This document shows positions 12,463 through 24,200 of a stretch of 64,000 nt of DNA, piece after piece. Position 1 is the first letter of the stretch. The number at the start of each line of letters is the position of its first letter. The stretch covers positions 1,054,001 to 1,118,000 of the forward strand of contig CM035351.1 in the NCBI GenBank assembly GCA_020137815.1. The letters run 5' to 3'. Origin of the DNA: Hormiphora californensis. Its lineage: Eukaryota > Animalia > Ctenophora. The translations under genes were made by a program, and so were the position numbers. Under the pieces are notes generated by a model. That model had not been told where the DNA came from, did no database searches, and saw only the letters and a program-made list of their open reading frames with translations.

Positions 12463-14400
12463 ATGATAACAGAACTGCGACGACGGTTATCGAGACGACA
12501 GAGAAAATGTGGACGGAGTGTCAGGGAGTTCCTGGGTGACTTCCTTAGCCAGGGTGGGGCATCTGTTTCAACGACAAGCCCAGGGACCGGTGGTGGATGT
12601 GTGATTGGTATTAATGTCAGGAGGATCATACTAGATTGGATCTTTGAGGTAGGCGGGCGCGACTTTTTGGTGCCACCCAGTATATGCCAGGGTCGCGGGT
12701 GTGGCTTCATAGTAGGTCTCTCTCTCTCTCTTTCTCACATGAACTTAAAGGAAGGGTGTGAGAGAGAAATGAGATAGATGAATTAGACTTAAAGCGAAAG
12801 TGAGAGAGAGAGTACGTGGGGGAGTGTGTTATAGACTAATTTCTATCAGGAAGATACCCCATTACCCCACTTTCCTTCTGTCCCGGCTGCAGCAGCTCTC
12901 TGTAGTTCTCTCTCAAAACTTTCTGTAGTTCTCTCTCGCCCCTCTCAAAAATTCTAACTATAAATTATCCCTCCCATTTAGCTAGTCCATACCACTGAAG
13001 GGATAGACACAGTCCGAGTTTTTTCTACTTTCTGTATCCTTTTTGACAGGTAAGAAATAAGTGATCAGCTTCTTGAAAATATGTTAGTAGATCCTAATCC
13101 CAATATTTTCTAATAAGTACCCATCTCCTAATTCCAGATATCTCGCCCGGAAATCAGTACCAACTTCAGAACTTCAACCAACAGCATTAGCAGTGCTTCT
13201 AACATCCAGCAGACTTGTAGACCCCCTTAGACCAATCTCTATACTTCCCCGTCTGGAGAATTTACGAGTTTTCTCCAAGCACGAGGTAAATATTTTTCAT
13301 GTTTTAACCCCTCTTTTCCACACTAGGGAGCGAGAATTTTAATATTGTATTATGGGGAAAAAGATAGGAACTCAACGTTTCAAGGGTCCCGATTTTTCTC
13401 TCCTATTCCTTCACTAGTTTTATGGGAAAACATTTTTATTTGAAATCGGGATCATGATATATCTCATTCTGCGGTAGGATCTGCACTCTGCAGCGGTCCC
13501 CTTCTCTTATATTAGGGTGGGGCTCACATGCACAGTGCTCTCCCATCTCACAAGCATTTTATCCCCCTCCTCTCCGCAGGAACTGCGGTTGGAACTGGAC
13601 AATTTAGCGAGTTCTGGCGTCATTCTTCCCTCCGATCAACTAAAACCTCTGTCGGGTATTTTGCTGGAGAGGCACAGCTATACAGAGGTGGAACAAGTCC
13701 TGAACCACGCCCTTCTCCTTCTACCTCTATCACACATTGGTATGTAAATATTAACATAATACTCCCTGGCTACCTGCTCCTCCCTCTCTCTCTGTCTGTT
13801 CTTGTCTAGACAGAGAGAAATATGCAGCCCCACGGCACCTCTCAACAAACTAAGTGTGTCTTGTTATCAGCCAAATATTAAATATACCACCTCCTCTCTG
13901 GGTCCACATTCCTCTCTTAAAATAACCACTCATGTTGCCGTATGCATATATTCCACTTTTTCTAGCTTTCTCTCCCCTCCCCTCTCCCTCCCCTCTCTCC
14001 CTCCCCTCTCTCCCTCCCTTCTAACCGTATTCAATCTCGCAGCTTGTCCCATGGAAAGCAACGCAGCAGTTCTGGCAGCAGCTTGTACCCTTGAGGGGTG
14101 CACTAGAGTACTAGGAAAAGCAGCAACATTCAGTTCCTTTATCATGATCTTTCTCTACACATTCACAAGGTATGTCCAGATCATACCCCCCCCCCCTGAA
14201 TGAAGTTTGTTGTGGTGACTTAACCCTTCTGCATTCCTATTTTATAGTATTTTGCAGCCCAATACCTATATTACCTAACCTACTACATTCCTCTAAATTC
14301 GAACTTTTTAGGAACCTGTGGATCTAGTGAGGAAGATGTTAAAAGAATCGCTTCAAGACTGAGATCAAAGGGAGAGAAATCAGAGACTCGTCAGAAATGA
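12463..14400 (+). CDS. Divergent cyclin (cyclin-box protein), 6 exons; C-terminal frame uncertain
   Basis: Exons 12463-12648, 12982-13049, 13138-13285, 13580-13739 and 14043-14169 splice in frame; the last exon (14312-~14362/14400) needs one indel. The product reads VRRIILDWIFE...FCILFDRYLARKSVPTSELQPTALAVLLTSSRL, matching the cyclin box MRxILxDW..LDRFL..LQL....L.IASK. It then has ELRLEL and a C-terminal AAVLAAAC. Confidence 0.8.
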
Positions 14401-15265
14401 GAGAAATTAAGACACTTTTTAGAGTGGCGGTTTTCCGTTCTTTTGGAATTCAAATATTTGTTCAAAAGACTATTGCATTTGTCAGATATGCTTCATGCTT
14501 CTTCAGTTATATCTGACTAATTATCTGTTTCCACGGTGATCTCATACGGCTAGACTCCGCTATGTCCATGATATTGTGTTGTTTGTAGAAATCTGGAACA
14601 TGTTTGTACTTGCCACCGAGGGTGGAGCAAGCTTGTCTTGAACTCACAGCTCACTACTCTGTCAACATGCAGAGAACCGTGTGTGGAGGGCGCGAGGTCT
14701 TCCAAACAATTCATTGTGCGCAAATCACGCGCGCACTCTCTCCATGTGAAATGTCAGGATGCGGCGCTGACAAGGGCCACGGAGTGTGGGAGACCCGATC
14801 TGAGCACATTGTCAAAACGGGATCTAGCTCTGCCAAACAGAAAATGAGAAAGTTCAACCAACCAAAAACCTGTTGGGCAAGGATTCCATTCAAGACAGTT
14901 ATGGAAACAATTTGATTATTTTAGATAAAATTCAGAATTACACACGATCACAAAGCTAATAGATAAAAAGTTCTGCCGACTGTCATTATTCAAATTAAAT
15001 TTCAATTAATGATTTATTGATCAGAGGCATATTTTCCTGCTATTGCAGATTATATAATTGACAGAATTATTAAAAACTGACTCAACATTGAGACTGTAAA
15101 ATATTTTCACTCTATAGACTATAGACTATAGTTTGAGCCAATGCAACTGTAGTTCTAAGATTTTGTATTGTCTTTGAAGGCCACGCATGATTGTCTGAAC
15201 AATTAAAACTAACACACTCGTCTAAAATCAAGATAGCTACCATTTTAAAATTGTCTGAAACTCTA

Positions 15266-18200
15266 CTATTCGTGAAGGGTATTCAGTTTAAGATCGGTAT
15301 CACGCCGAGCAAAGAACTTCCCGGCACTCGCTTTGCTGCTGCTCAGACTGTTGTCAGATGTTCGTGCCGAGAGGGGGCTAGATCTGGACACCACGGAGTT
15401 ACGAGACAGGAAGTCCATCCACTCTCCATGAACCTCCGGTCGAAGGGGTACAAACAGGATGAAAATAACGATACCCTGATAGTAGAGAGAGATGTGGGGT
15501 TACAGCCAGTAACAATTATTATATGGAAGAGTGGTAAAATTTTATTGAAACTTTTGGGAAGGGGAATAACATTTTAACCCCATCTTGTTACCTGGGAGCA
15601 AGTGAGTAGAATGAAGAGGTATTGAAAGACCACAGCCTGGGGTCCATAGGTGAACAGCGCCAAAAGGAATGATGTACCGAACAGGGTCAGCAGACAAACT
15701 ATCGACTTGACGTGTCTCTAAATAATGGTTTAGTTGTTAAAAACATGAAAGCTTGGCTACGAAGTCACCCCTATTACGTGAGCTCGCGATGAATCTCGCG
15801 ATGAAGGGTATAATTTCATTACCAACTGGAAATCAAAGGTGGAAATCAAAAGTTAAATTCTTAATGTTTCTCTCACCCTCTGGAAATATATAATTTATCT
15901 CACCCTGTTAGTGTTGGCGTCCTTCTTGTTCTGCTTCGTCTGTAACATAACAACTATAACTCGGATAGCCAGGAAAGTATTGATCCCCACTACACAAAGT
16001 ATGGGCAGGATGAAGGTGTAGGTCTTCCACACTGGATTCATCCAACATCTGAGGTGAGGTTTTAGGTGTGATGAGTGGGGGGAGAGAGGTTGTGTTATAG
16101 GCCACACCGCATTTTATTTCATAAAAAGGAGATAGAGGCGGAGGATGAAGGGGTTGTTTAGGAACTATCAATCAATGTACGAACCCGAATTCTCCGTCCA
16201 GGTCCGCTACATAGGGTGAGGTTGGGTTGGATCGGGAGTAGAGCAGGGCAAATAATGGGAAGATAACGGGTACAGTCCAGCAGCCGAGATTGTACCGTAG
16301 AAACACCCAGTCTGAGGTAGTCTGCCCGTAGCTGTGGATCGCTCTCACTATCTGATAATGGGAAGTAAATATATTGAATGGTTGATGGTTTAGAATTTAA
16401 ACCCACTACCGCTTGAGCTTTACGTGGTAAAATGATATTTAGCCAACTATTTATCTCTGCACTGCGAATAAGCGCAAAAGTGACCATCCCCCTCCCCAGA
16501 ACCTGTCTGGCGCCGCCGATCTGAGCGCACTGTCAAATTGGGGTCTGGCTCGGCCAAACAGCCCAGAACGCAGTAACAACTGTGAGATTCAGATCCTTGG
16601 TTTGCTTTCGGCCCTCTCCCATTTGTTAATGAATGTATTACACAATACCATTTGTTAATGAGTGTATTACACAATAAAGCGTGTATTATACAATAAAGCG
16701 TGTATTATACAATAAATTATACAATTGAGTGTGGCACTGGTTTACTACTCGATCAGTTATTTCTAATTCTATGAGGTTGGATCGCAATTTGCACTCCCTC
16801 CCATGATGTCCGATCACGTTTCACACACTGTTCACTGTTCAGACTACTTTGCCAATATACTACTACATGACATGTTAAGTTAACCAATAGGCTGTTTTTG
16901 AGTCGCATGATCATATTACAATTACTGTTGACAACTCGAACATTTATTCAGGAAAATATAATCAGACGGTTTCGTCGTATAGGTATAACGCCATGATCAG
17001 TGCTCAAATTAATTATTTGTTTAAAATAGTGTTGAAAAGTTTCAAAGCACCTAGTCCATATTGCCCCGGTCTACCCTATATCTTGTTATATGGACCCTGC
17101 GTAGGCGTTGGATGGGTGTTTGTTATTTGCATTGTTTCCCTAAAACATAGTTTATAGAATAATTCTAAATTTCATCCCGATAAAAAATTATATGATGTGG
17201 GTCTGCAATGCTCCCACGTCCCATGATGTCTCATATCCCATCTCCCATGATGTCTCATATCTCGTTTGAAACACTGTGCAGGTATCCATTGCTACCACAC
17301 AATACTATAGAACTGTTCTCCAGATATGGTTTGTTGCTAGTACTCAGCAAGATATGGTTGGCCGTTATCTTACCAAACTACTGGTTATTGCCTCGGCTAC
17401 CTGTTTACTACTCATCGCCCTGCTTCATAACCAGAGATATCTCGAACCTATCCACATCTCAACTCCTCTACCTACCCAGACACAATACTATTATTATACT
17501 GAGACAGTCGAGACATTTGTCAGCCGAATCAGAACAGAGTACAAGTACAAGACACTGCTTAGTAAGATGAGTAAAGATGAGGTTCTGCCGACTGTCATTA
17601 TTCAAATTAAATTTCACCTAGTCCATATTGCCCCGGTCTACCCTATATCTTGTTATATGGACCCTGCGTAGGCGTTGGATGGGTGTTTGTTATTTGCATT
17701 GTTTCCCTAAAACATAGTTTATAGAATAATTCTAAATTTCATCCCGATAAAAAATTATATGATGTGGGTCTGCAATGCTCCCACGTCCCATGATGTCTCA
17801 TATCCCATCTCCCATGATGTCTCATATCTCGTTTGAAACACTGTGCAGGTATCCATTGCTACCACACAATACTATAGAACTGTTCTCCAGATATGGTTTG
17901 TTGCTAGTACTCAGCAAGATATGGTTGGCCGTTATCTTACCAAACTACTGGTTATTGCCTCGGCTACCTGTTTACTACTCATCGCCCTGCTTCATAACCA
18001 GAGATATCTCGAACCTATCCACATCTCAACTCCTCTACCTACCCAGACACAATACTATTATTATACCGAGACAGTCGAGACATTTGTCAGCCGAATCAGG
18101 ACAGAGTACAAGTACAAGGACACTGCTTAGTGAAGATGAGTAAAGATGAGGTAGAGACTACTAGAAGGGGTGTTCCACCGGGATCTAACTATCCAATACT

Positions 18201-21200
18201 CCGGGAGGGCTCTCCTCCCACCCTCCCTTCCCTATCCAACACTGGAAGTGTCTGGATCACGTCCATACCACTACTACAGATACCCTATCTGTGGTGATCG
18301 TCTACTATAACGAGGTTCCCTACCTTGTTAATGAGGAACCCTGACAACAATCGCTCATCGGACACTCCCCCGCTTATCTGCTCGAGGTTATTGTCATCGA
18401 TGATGCCAGTGAAGTGGATATTTCGGAGGAAATTCTCTCATACTCAGCATCCCAGCACATCCCCATCAGATTTCATCAGAAATGAGTTACAACCTTGGGT
18501 ATTGCTAGGATCACGTCTCAGAGGAATCGAGGAGGCGGCTGGAGACCTGGTGGCATTATTTGATAGTCATATTGAAGTATCTGATCTGTGGTTAGAAGCC
18601 CCTTATTCAGATTATAACTGAGAAACCAGATGCCATCACCGTACCTCACATGCAAATGATATTAGGAGACAGAGTATGATCCACAAACTCTATCCATCCC
18701 GGTGGGTTACCTCTCTCCCCAACTCATTTGGATTCATATTTCTTAATGAAGGATATGGTAACCATTTAAGTGAACCTTGGGAGAGCTACCCCTCCTCAGC
18801 TCTTATGGGAGGTGCCATTGTGGCTCGGAGAGAGGTGCTAAGGAGACTTTACCCAACACCATTACTGAGTGGCAGTAAATGGGGGGTTGAGAATAAAAGG
18901 CTGAGTTACCGGGCTTGGATGTGTGGCGGTGGAATCTGGAGCAGCGATTGTAGTCAGGTTAGTCATCCAGTTTTCATAGCTTTACAATGATACACTTTTC
19001 ATCACTCTTTTCAGTTGTCATGACACCCTTATCGGTTACCATGACGACCCTTGATACACGCCAATTATTTTCAGATTCCTGCACCCCAATGGCAATGATC
19101 TCGACCTAAAACGTATAATCCGTGATGACTCCAGCTTCTTTGATAATCTCATAGCAGAAACAGTGGGTGAGCTCCTGAATTTCTGTAGAACTGAGGAAAC
19201 CAGGGAGATACTCTTAGAAAAAGTGAACTGCTCACCCACATTTCCGGGAACTCATGATCAACTTTTCACGGAGAAATTAAGGAGGAACAGTTTGATCCAA
19301 TTGCAGAGGGTTGTCATGGGGATTATGAATTTTATCGGTACCAAGTTGAGGAGAACTATCTCAGTTTTGAGCCGGATCAGTTTATGCTAGTTGGTGAAGC
19401 TTCGTCTGACCTCCAACCCAACCTTGTGTATAGATACAGGTCCTCTAGATAGACTCATGCTGTGGTACTGCCGAACAGAATCTCTCGTTGTCATGGACAA
19501 CCATATACTGGGATTCAGCAAAAACGGTGCCATAATGCTCAGATACTGGCTCTGTATTGATACTAACGGTAGGACAGAAGATGGGTCTACAATAGGAATA
19601 TCCCACTGCCACGTAAGGTCACCTGTTGAGGGCACGCCAGGAGAGAGACAGAGGTTTGAGTTCAGTGGGATTAACAAGTGGATTTGGAACCCAGTTGAGG
19701 AGAGGTGTTTAACTGTGTTCATGGGGGGTGAGGAGGGTAAGTGGGAGTTGGGATTGTTTCCCTGTGATACAGAGAGGTTGGACCAGAGGTGGACAATAAA
19801 GATACCTTCTTGGTTTAGATGATCTGACTTGTATATATTGTTTAGATGATCTTAATTGTGTATTAAAATATTTGTGTTACTTCTAGGTCCAAAAGTATGA
19901 GTTTCTATTTGTCACTTGCCAGGTTAGACTGTTTTTCGCGCGCCCCGAGTTTGTACAAAACAATTTGTCACTGCGTTAAATAGCGCAAAGGTCGGTGGGC
20001 TCCATCCACCTAGGTAAAATTAGCCTGGGGTCCATATATCATTATAGTCCAACATCAGGGTACTAATAAACTTTTTTAGGGATGGATTCCCCCTTCCTAA
20101 GTCCCCCAAGCCTAATAGTACCTGAGTGTAGAAGGTAAGGGCAGCGATGAGACTCCATGCCATGGTAACGAGATAGAAGTAGTGTAGCGCAAACACCATC
20201 CCCTCACACAGTTGGGACTGGTGGTGGAGTCGAGAGAGGAGGAGGAACGTGGTGTTGGCCAGTACCAAACTAAATAATTCCATCATCTCTATCTTTATTA
20301 TCGGCTTACTTCTCAACGTCCTAAAACAAATACCAACTGAATACTTCAAGACAGGGCAAATAATAATTTAATAACTTGGTGACGCGGTCACCCCTACAAC
20401 GCCCGTGCGCAGCGAGGTAAAACTAGGCCCGAGAAGCGACTGCGCCACCAAGTAAATAACCATTTTGGCCCTCCCGATATCCTTGGTCCCATTTCTAAAC
20501 TTAGTATAACAAACCTAACATACCTAGGTCACCACTAAACACAAACCTGATTGGTAGATAGAGAGCCATGGTAATGAGACAAAGAATAATGGAAGTAATG
20601 AACAGTAGGGTAGACATGGTCGATTGGGCTCGTTGGTGTTTCAAAGGTACCTCACTTAGACTCTAGACAGGGGGATAGGGTATTAATAGAACTGGGAATA
20701 AGTTTAAGTAGCCAAATCTAAACTATTGTGCCCACTCCCCCCGCCTTAAAAGTCCTGCCACATCCCTGGAGTGATCACTGAAGATACAATTCCCATTCTA
20801 CTCAGAAAGACTAAGTTTAAAAGTTCAGATACCGTGAATGCAGCGAAGCTGGTAAGATGGTTACACTGACAGATCATATCTGCTCCTGTTTGTCGCGTTA
20901 TGTAACAACCACTGGTCGACCAACTCTCCAGTTCTGAAATCATTACATGTGTTATGTTGGTCGTAGAAACAACAAACAAGACGTGTTTTGTAGATTCTGT
21001 TTAGAGAACTTCAAACATGATCTCAATGAATCAAATCCAGCTTTAAGAAAAATTAAAAATTACGATCTTTCTCCATCTCTCTATCTCCCACCTGGATTGT
21101 ACCAGCGGCACTCAGTTCGGGTATCCTCTGCCAGCGCCATTGTCAACTGAACATCCATGACAGGGTCACTTCCGTAGTGGTTCACTCCCAGGATGGGGGA

Positions 21201-24200
21201 GGAGAGGGAATCAGAGGGGGTGGGGAACAACTTGCTGTTGTGGTAGACAATAGTGGAGAACTTGCCACCCGCATCAATCGATACCTGTTGGATCAGAGTC
21301 AGTGGGCCCATACAATGGTGGCCATGCGATCTATGCTCACCGTTAGCAATAAGAAAAAAAACAAAAAGTCGATTCAGAACTATCACCGCGATGCCACTCT
21401 AATCTGTTCGCTCAGAGCGAAGCACGCAAGAAAGGGTCAGCTCGATGTCTGACATAGATTCAGAACAACTAACCTTCTGATTGTTTGGTAGAGATGAATC
21501 GTCCCCATCAGACACTATTCTAACTGTAACATCACTAGTACTCAGGGCTGTCACATTGCCAACTGCTCCTCCACTCTTAGCCAGGAATGAGAGACCGCTC
21601 TCCAGTAAAGATACCATCCTAATAAAGTGTTACCATGGTAACCGAATTATGGTGAACTTATTATTAATGCATTGATTGACCAAAAGCAGCAATAGATCAA
21701 GGCTTATTTTATTACTTGTGTTTTGTATCCGCACTAACTGACTCCTGTAACCCCTCCTGATATCCGGCCAGACCCAGGGCCACTTTCACCACCTCCTCTG
21801 CCGTTTCCGGGGTCTCGATGGTGGTGTTATGAACTGCAACCACAACATTAACCAAGTCAGAGGGTGCCAGGGTGCCTGCACTGGTCGCAACGTAATCACC
21901 AATCTTCTGTACCTTGTCGGTATCATCCGAATCCTGTAGATAGAGAGGGGGATATTGGTTTTGGATAGTTTGTTTGGAAGACAAACATAGCTTAGTGTGC
22001 CACATTACCACTAAAAAATAGACACTGTTTGTTGTCATATGTTCTCGAGAGTTTTCTCATATTTGTGTAGACTGTAGAAGAATGAGAGGGTTGGAGAATT
22101 GCTACGTCAAGCGAGCTGTTATGTCTTATCACTAATCACATGGGGCTACCCCTCCTTTATGACCTATACACGTGTTGGATTACAAGATAGCTGATTCTTT
22201 AGTTTTTTGTTTTCATTGTTTTAATGGTGCTTGAGTTAGCGAGAACAGAACGATTCCATAGAATTGATGAAAAATTATGAAAATTATTTGAGCACTGTCC
22301 AAATTGTTGAACTTTCTAATCCATCTATAGAATGTCTACCGTTCAAGAGATGCGGATGGAGGTAATGGAGCTATAAAGTTTTCTATTCTGAAACCCCCTC
22401 TGTTAACATGAACTTTTCTCTAGATTGGGTTGTTGGGGGATGATTTAGAGACGATTGACCGTACTTTAGCAAGATTGAGAAGAATTGAAGAGGTATCAAA
22501 GGATATCGTCACTGACTTTGAAAGATTGGAGCCGTCTTTAAGTTGCGCTCTCTCTGATTATAGCAATAGATTGGAGCAGGATTCAAACGAGGGTAAAATA
22601 GCATTATATATCATACAGGAACCGACCAACACAAGTAAACAACCAATCAGAACTTGTTATTTAGGTCACGTGACTGGTTATCAGCCAATCATGGACCAGT
22701 ATTTCCTAATTCGGTCGGTTCCTGTCATACTTATTACGTTTAGTGAACCTCAAGCACCCCCATTTTTAACCGCACGCAAGAATCAAGCAAGATCGTCTAG
22801 TATTATCAATTTTTTATATTGTTCTTACTCAGGAATAGATCGCGTTCCACTAACAGTGCTCTATCGGGATCCCGAGAGCCGGAAATTACTCTAAATATAA
22901 ACTCTTCTTTTACACGTACAGAGAATCAAATTATTTTCAGATATAACGATTTATGTCAAGATGTGGGCTATGAAGGCCAACACACAAAACATACACGTTA
23001 GACGAGGGGATACAGTTGGAGATTTGAAGGAAAAAATCGCCGGGGGTGGATGTATTAGCGGCATTAATTTTATTGGGAAACAAATGGAAAACGACCAATC
23101 TTTAGAGTCATATGGAATTTCTTCTGGTTCTACACTTTACTTAAGTCTCCTAGGTAATACATGGCTTATATTACAAAATATGGGATAAATTTTAACTTGT
23201 TTGGGGGGTTGTTTTATATTGAATTGAATAGATTAGTACTTTTACAGGTGGTGGTATGGCTCCAGACAAGACAGAGATAGACTACATTAGAGAAAGGCTG
23301 AATCGTGAAACATCTTGGAAGATATCTCAGAAGAAAAGATTGATGGAAAGAAGAAAACGGATGATTAAAGAAAGAATTGAAAAACTTAAAAAACGAATAA
23401 TGGAACTCTAGGCGATCTGCAGAGTTTGGCTATTATTTGTGTTCATTATGATTAGGTACTTCTAATTGTATATGTATGTAATAATGATACAAATTCCATT
23501 CGTCGAATTGACCGAGTGTTCTTTTTCCGCTTAGACTGAAAAACTGGGGCGATCGTACCGATCGCAAATCGAGGGGTCTGTTTTTATGTTTTTCTCTCTG
23601 CCTGTCTGCTATATGCTATGTGATGTGATCCCTCTCTTTTTCTCTTTTTCTCTCCCATGATGTGACCCCTCAAGTCGCAAGCAGTTCTCAACACGTGTGA
23701 TACGTGATACCTACGAATCACGTCGTCACACTGACGGATCACGTCGTCACACGTCACAGAAATTATGCGACCTAAAAGTCAGCCCATGTGATACGGTGGC
23801 CGATTTGAAGGATACGCTTGAGCTGGAGCATGGATACGGTCATTGGTATAAAACGCTTCTATATTTCCTGGGAGGAGAACTAAAAGTTATAAAGTTCATG
23901 TGTTGCCACGCTTGATATGAGTCTCATCTTCAATAGTTGATAGAAGTTTATGGACAACTGAGACAATTATTTTATTCCCGGAAATAAATTTCCTGGAATA
24001 AAATAATTGTCTCAGTTGTCCATAAACTTCTATCAACTATTGGAGAACTAAAAGACCATCGTGCTTTATTTACTGAAGGAAAACTGGAAGATGATAAAAC
24101 TTTAGAGGAATGTGGTATATCGCCAGGCTCCGTTGTTTACGTAAGACCTATGATGTATGGTAAGTAGAAGGGGGCACGCTAAACGAATCCAAAAACTCAA

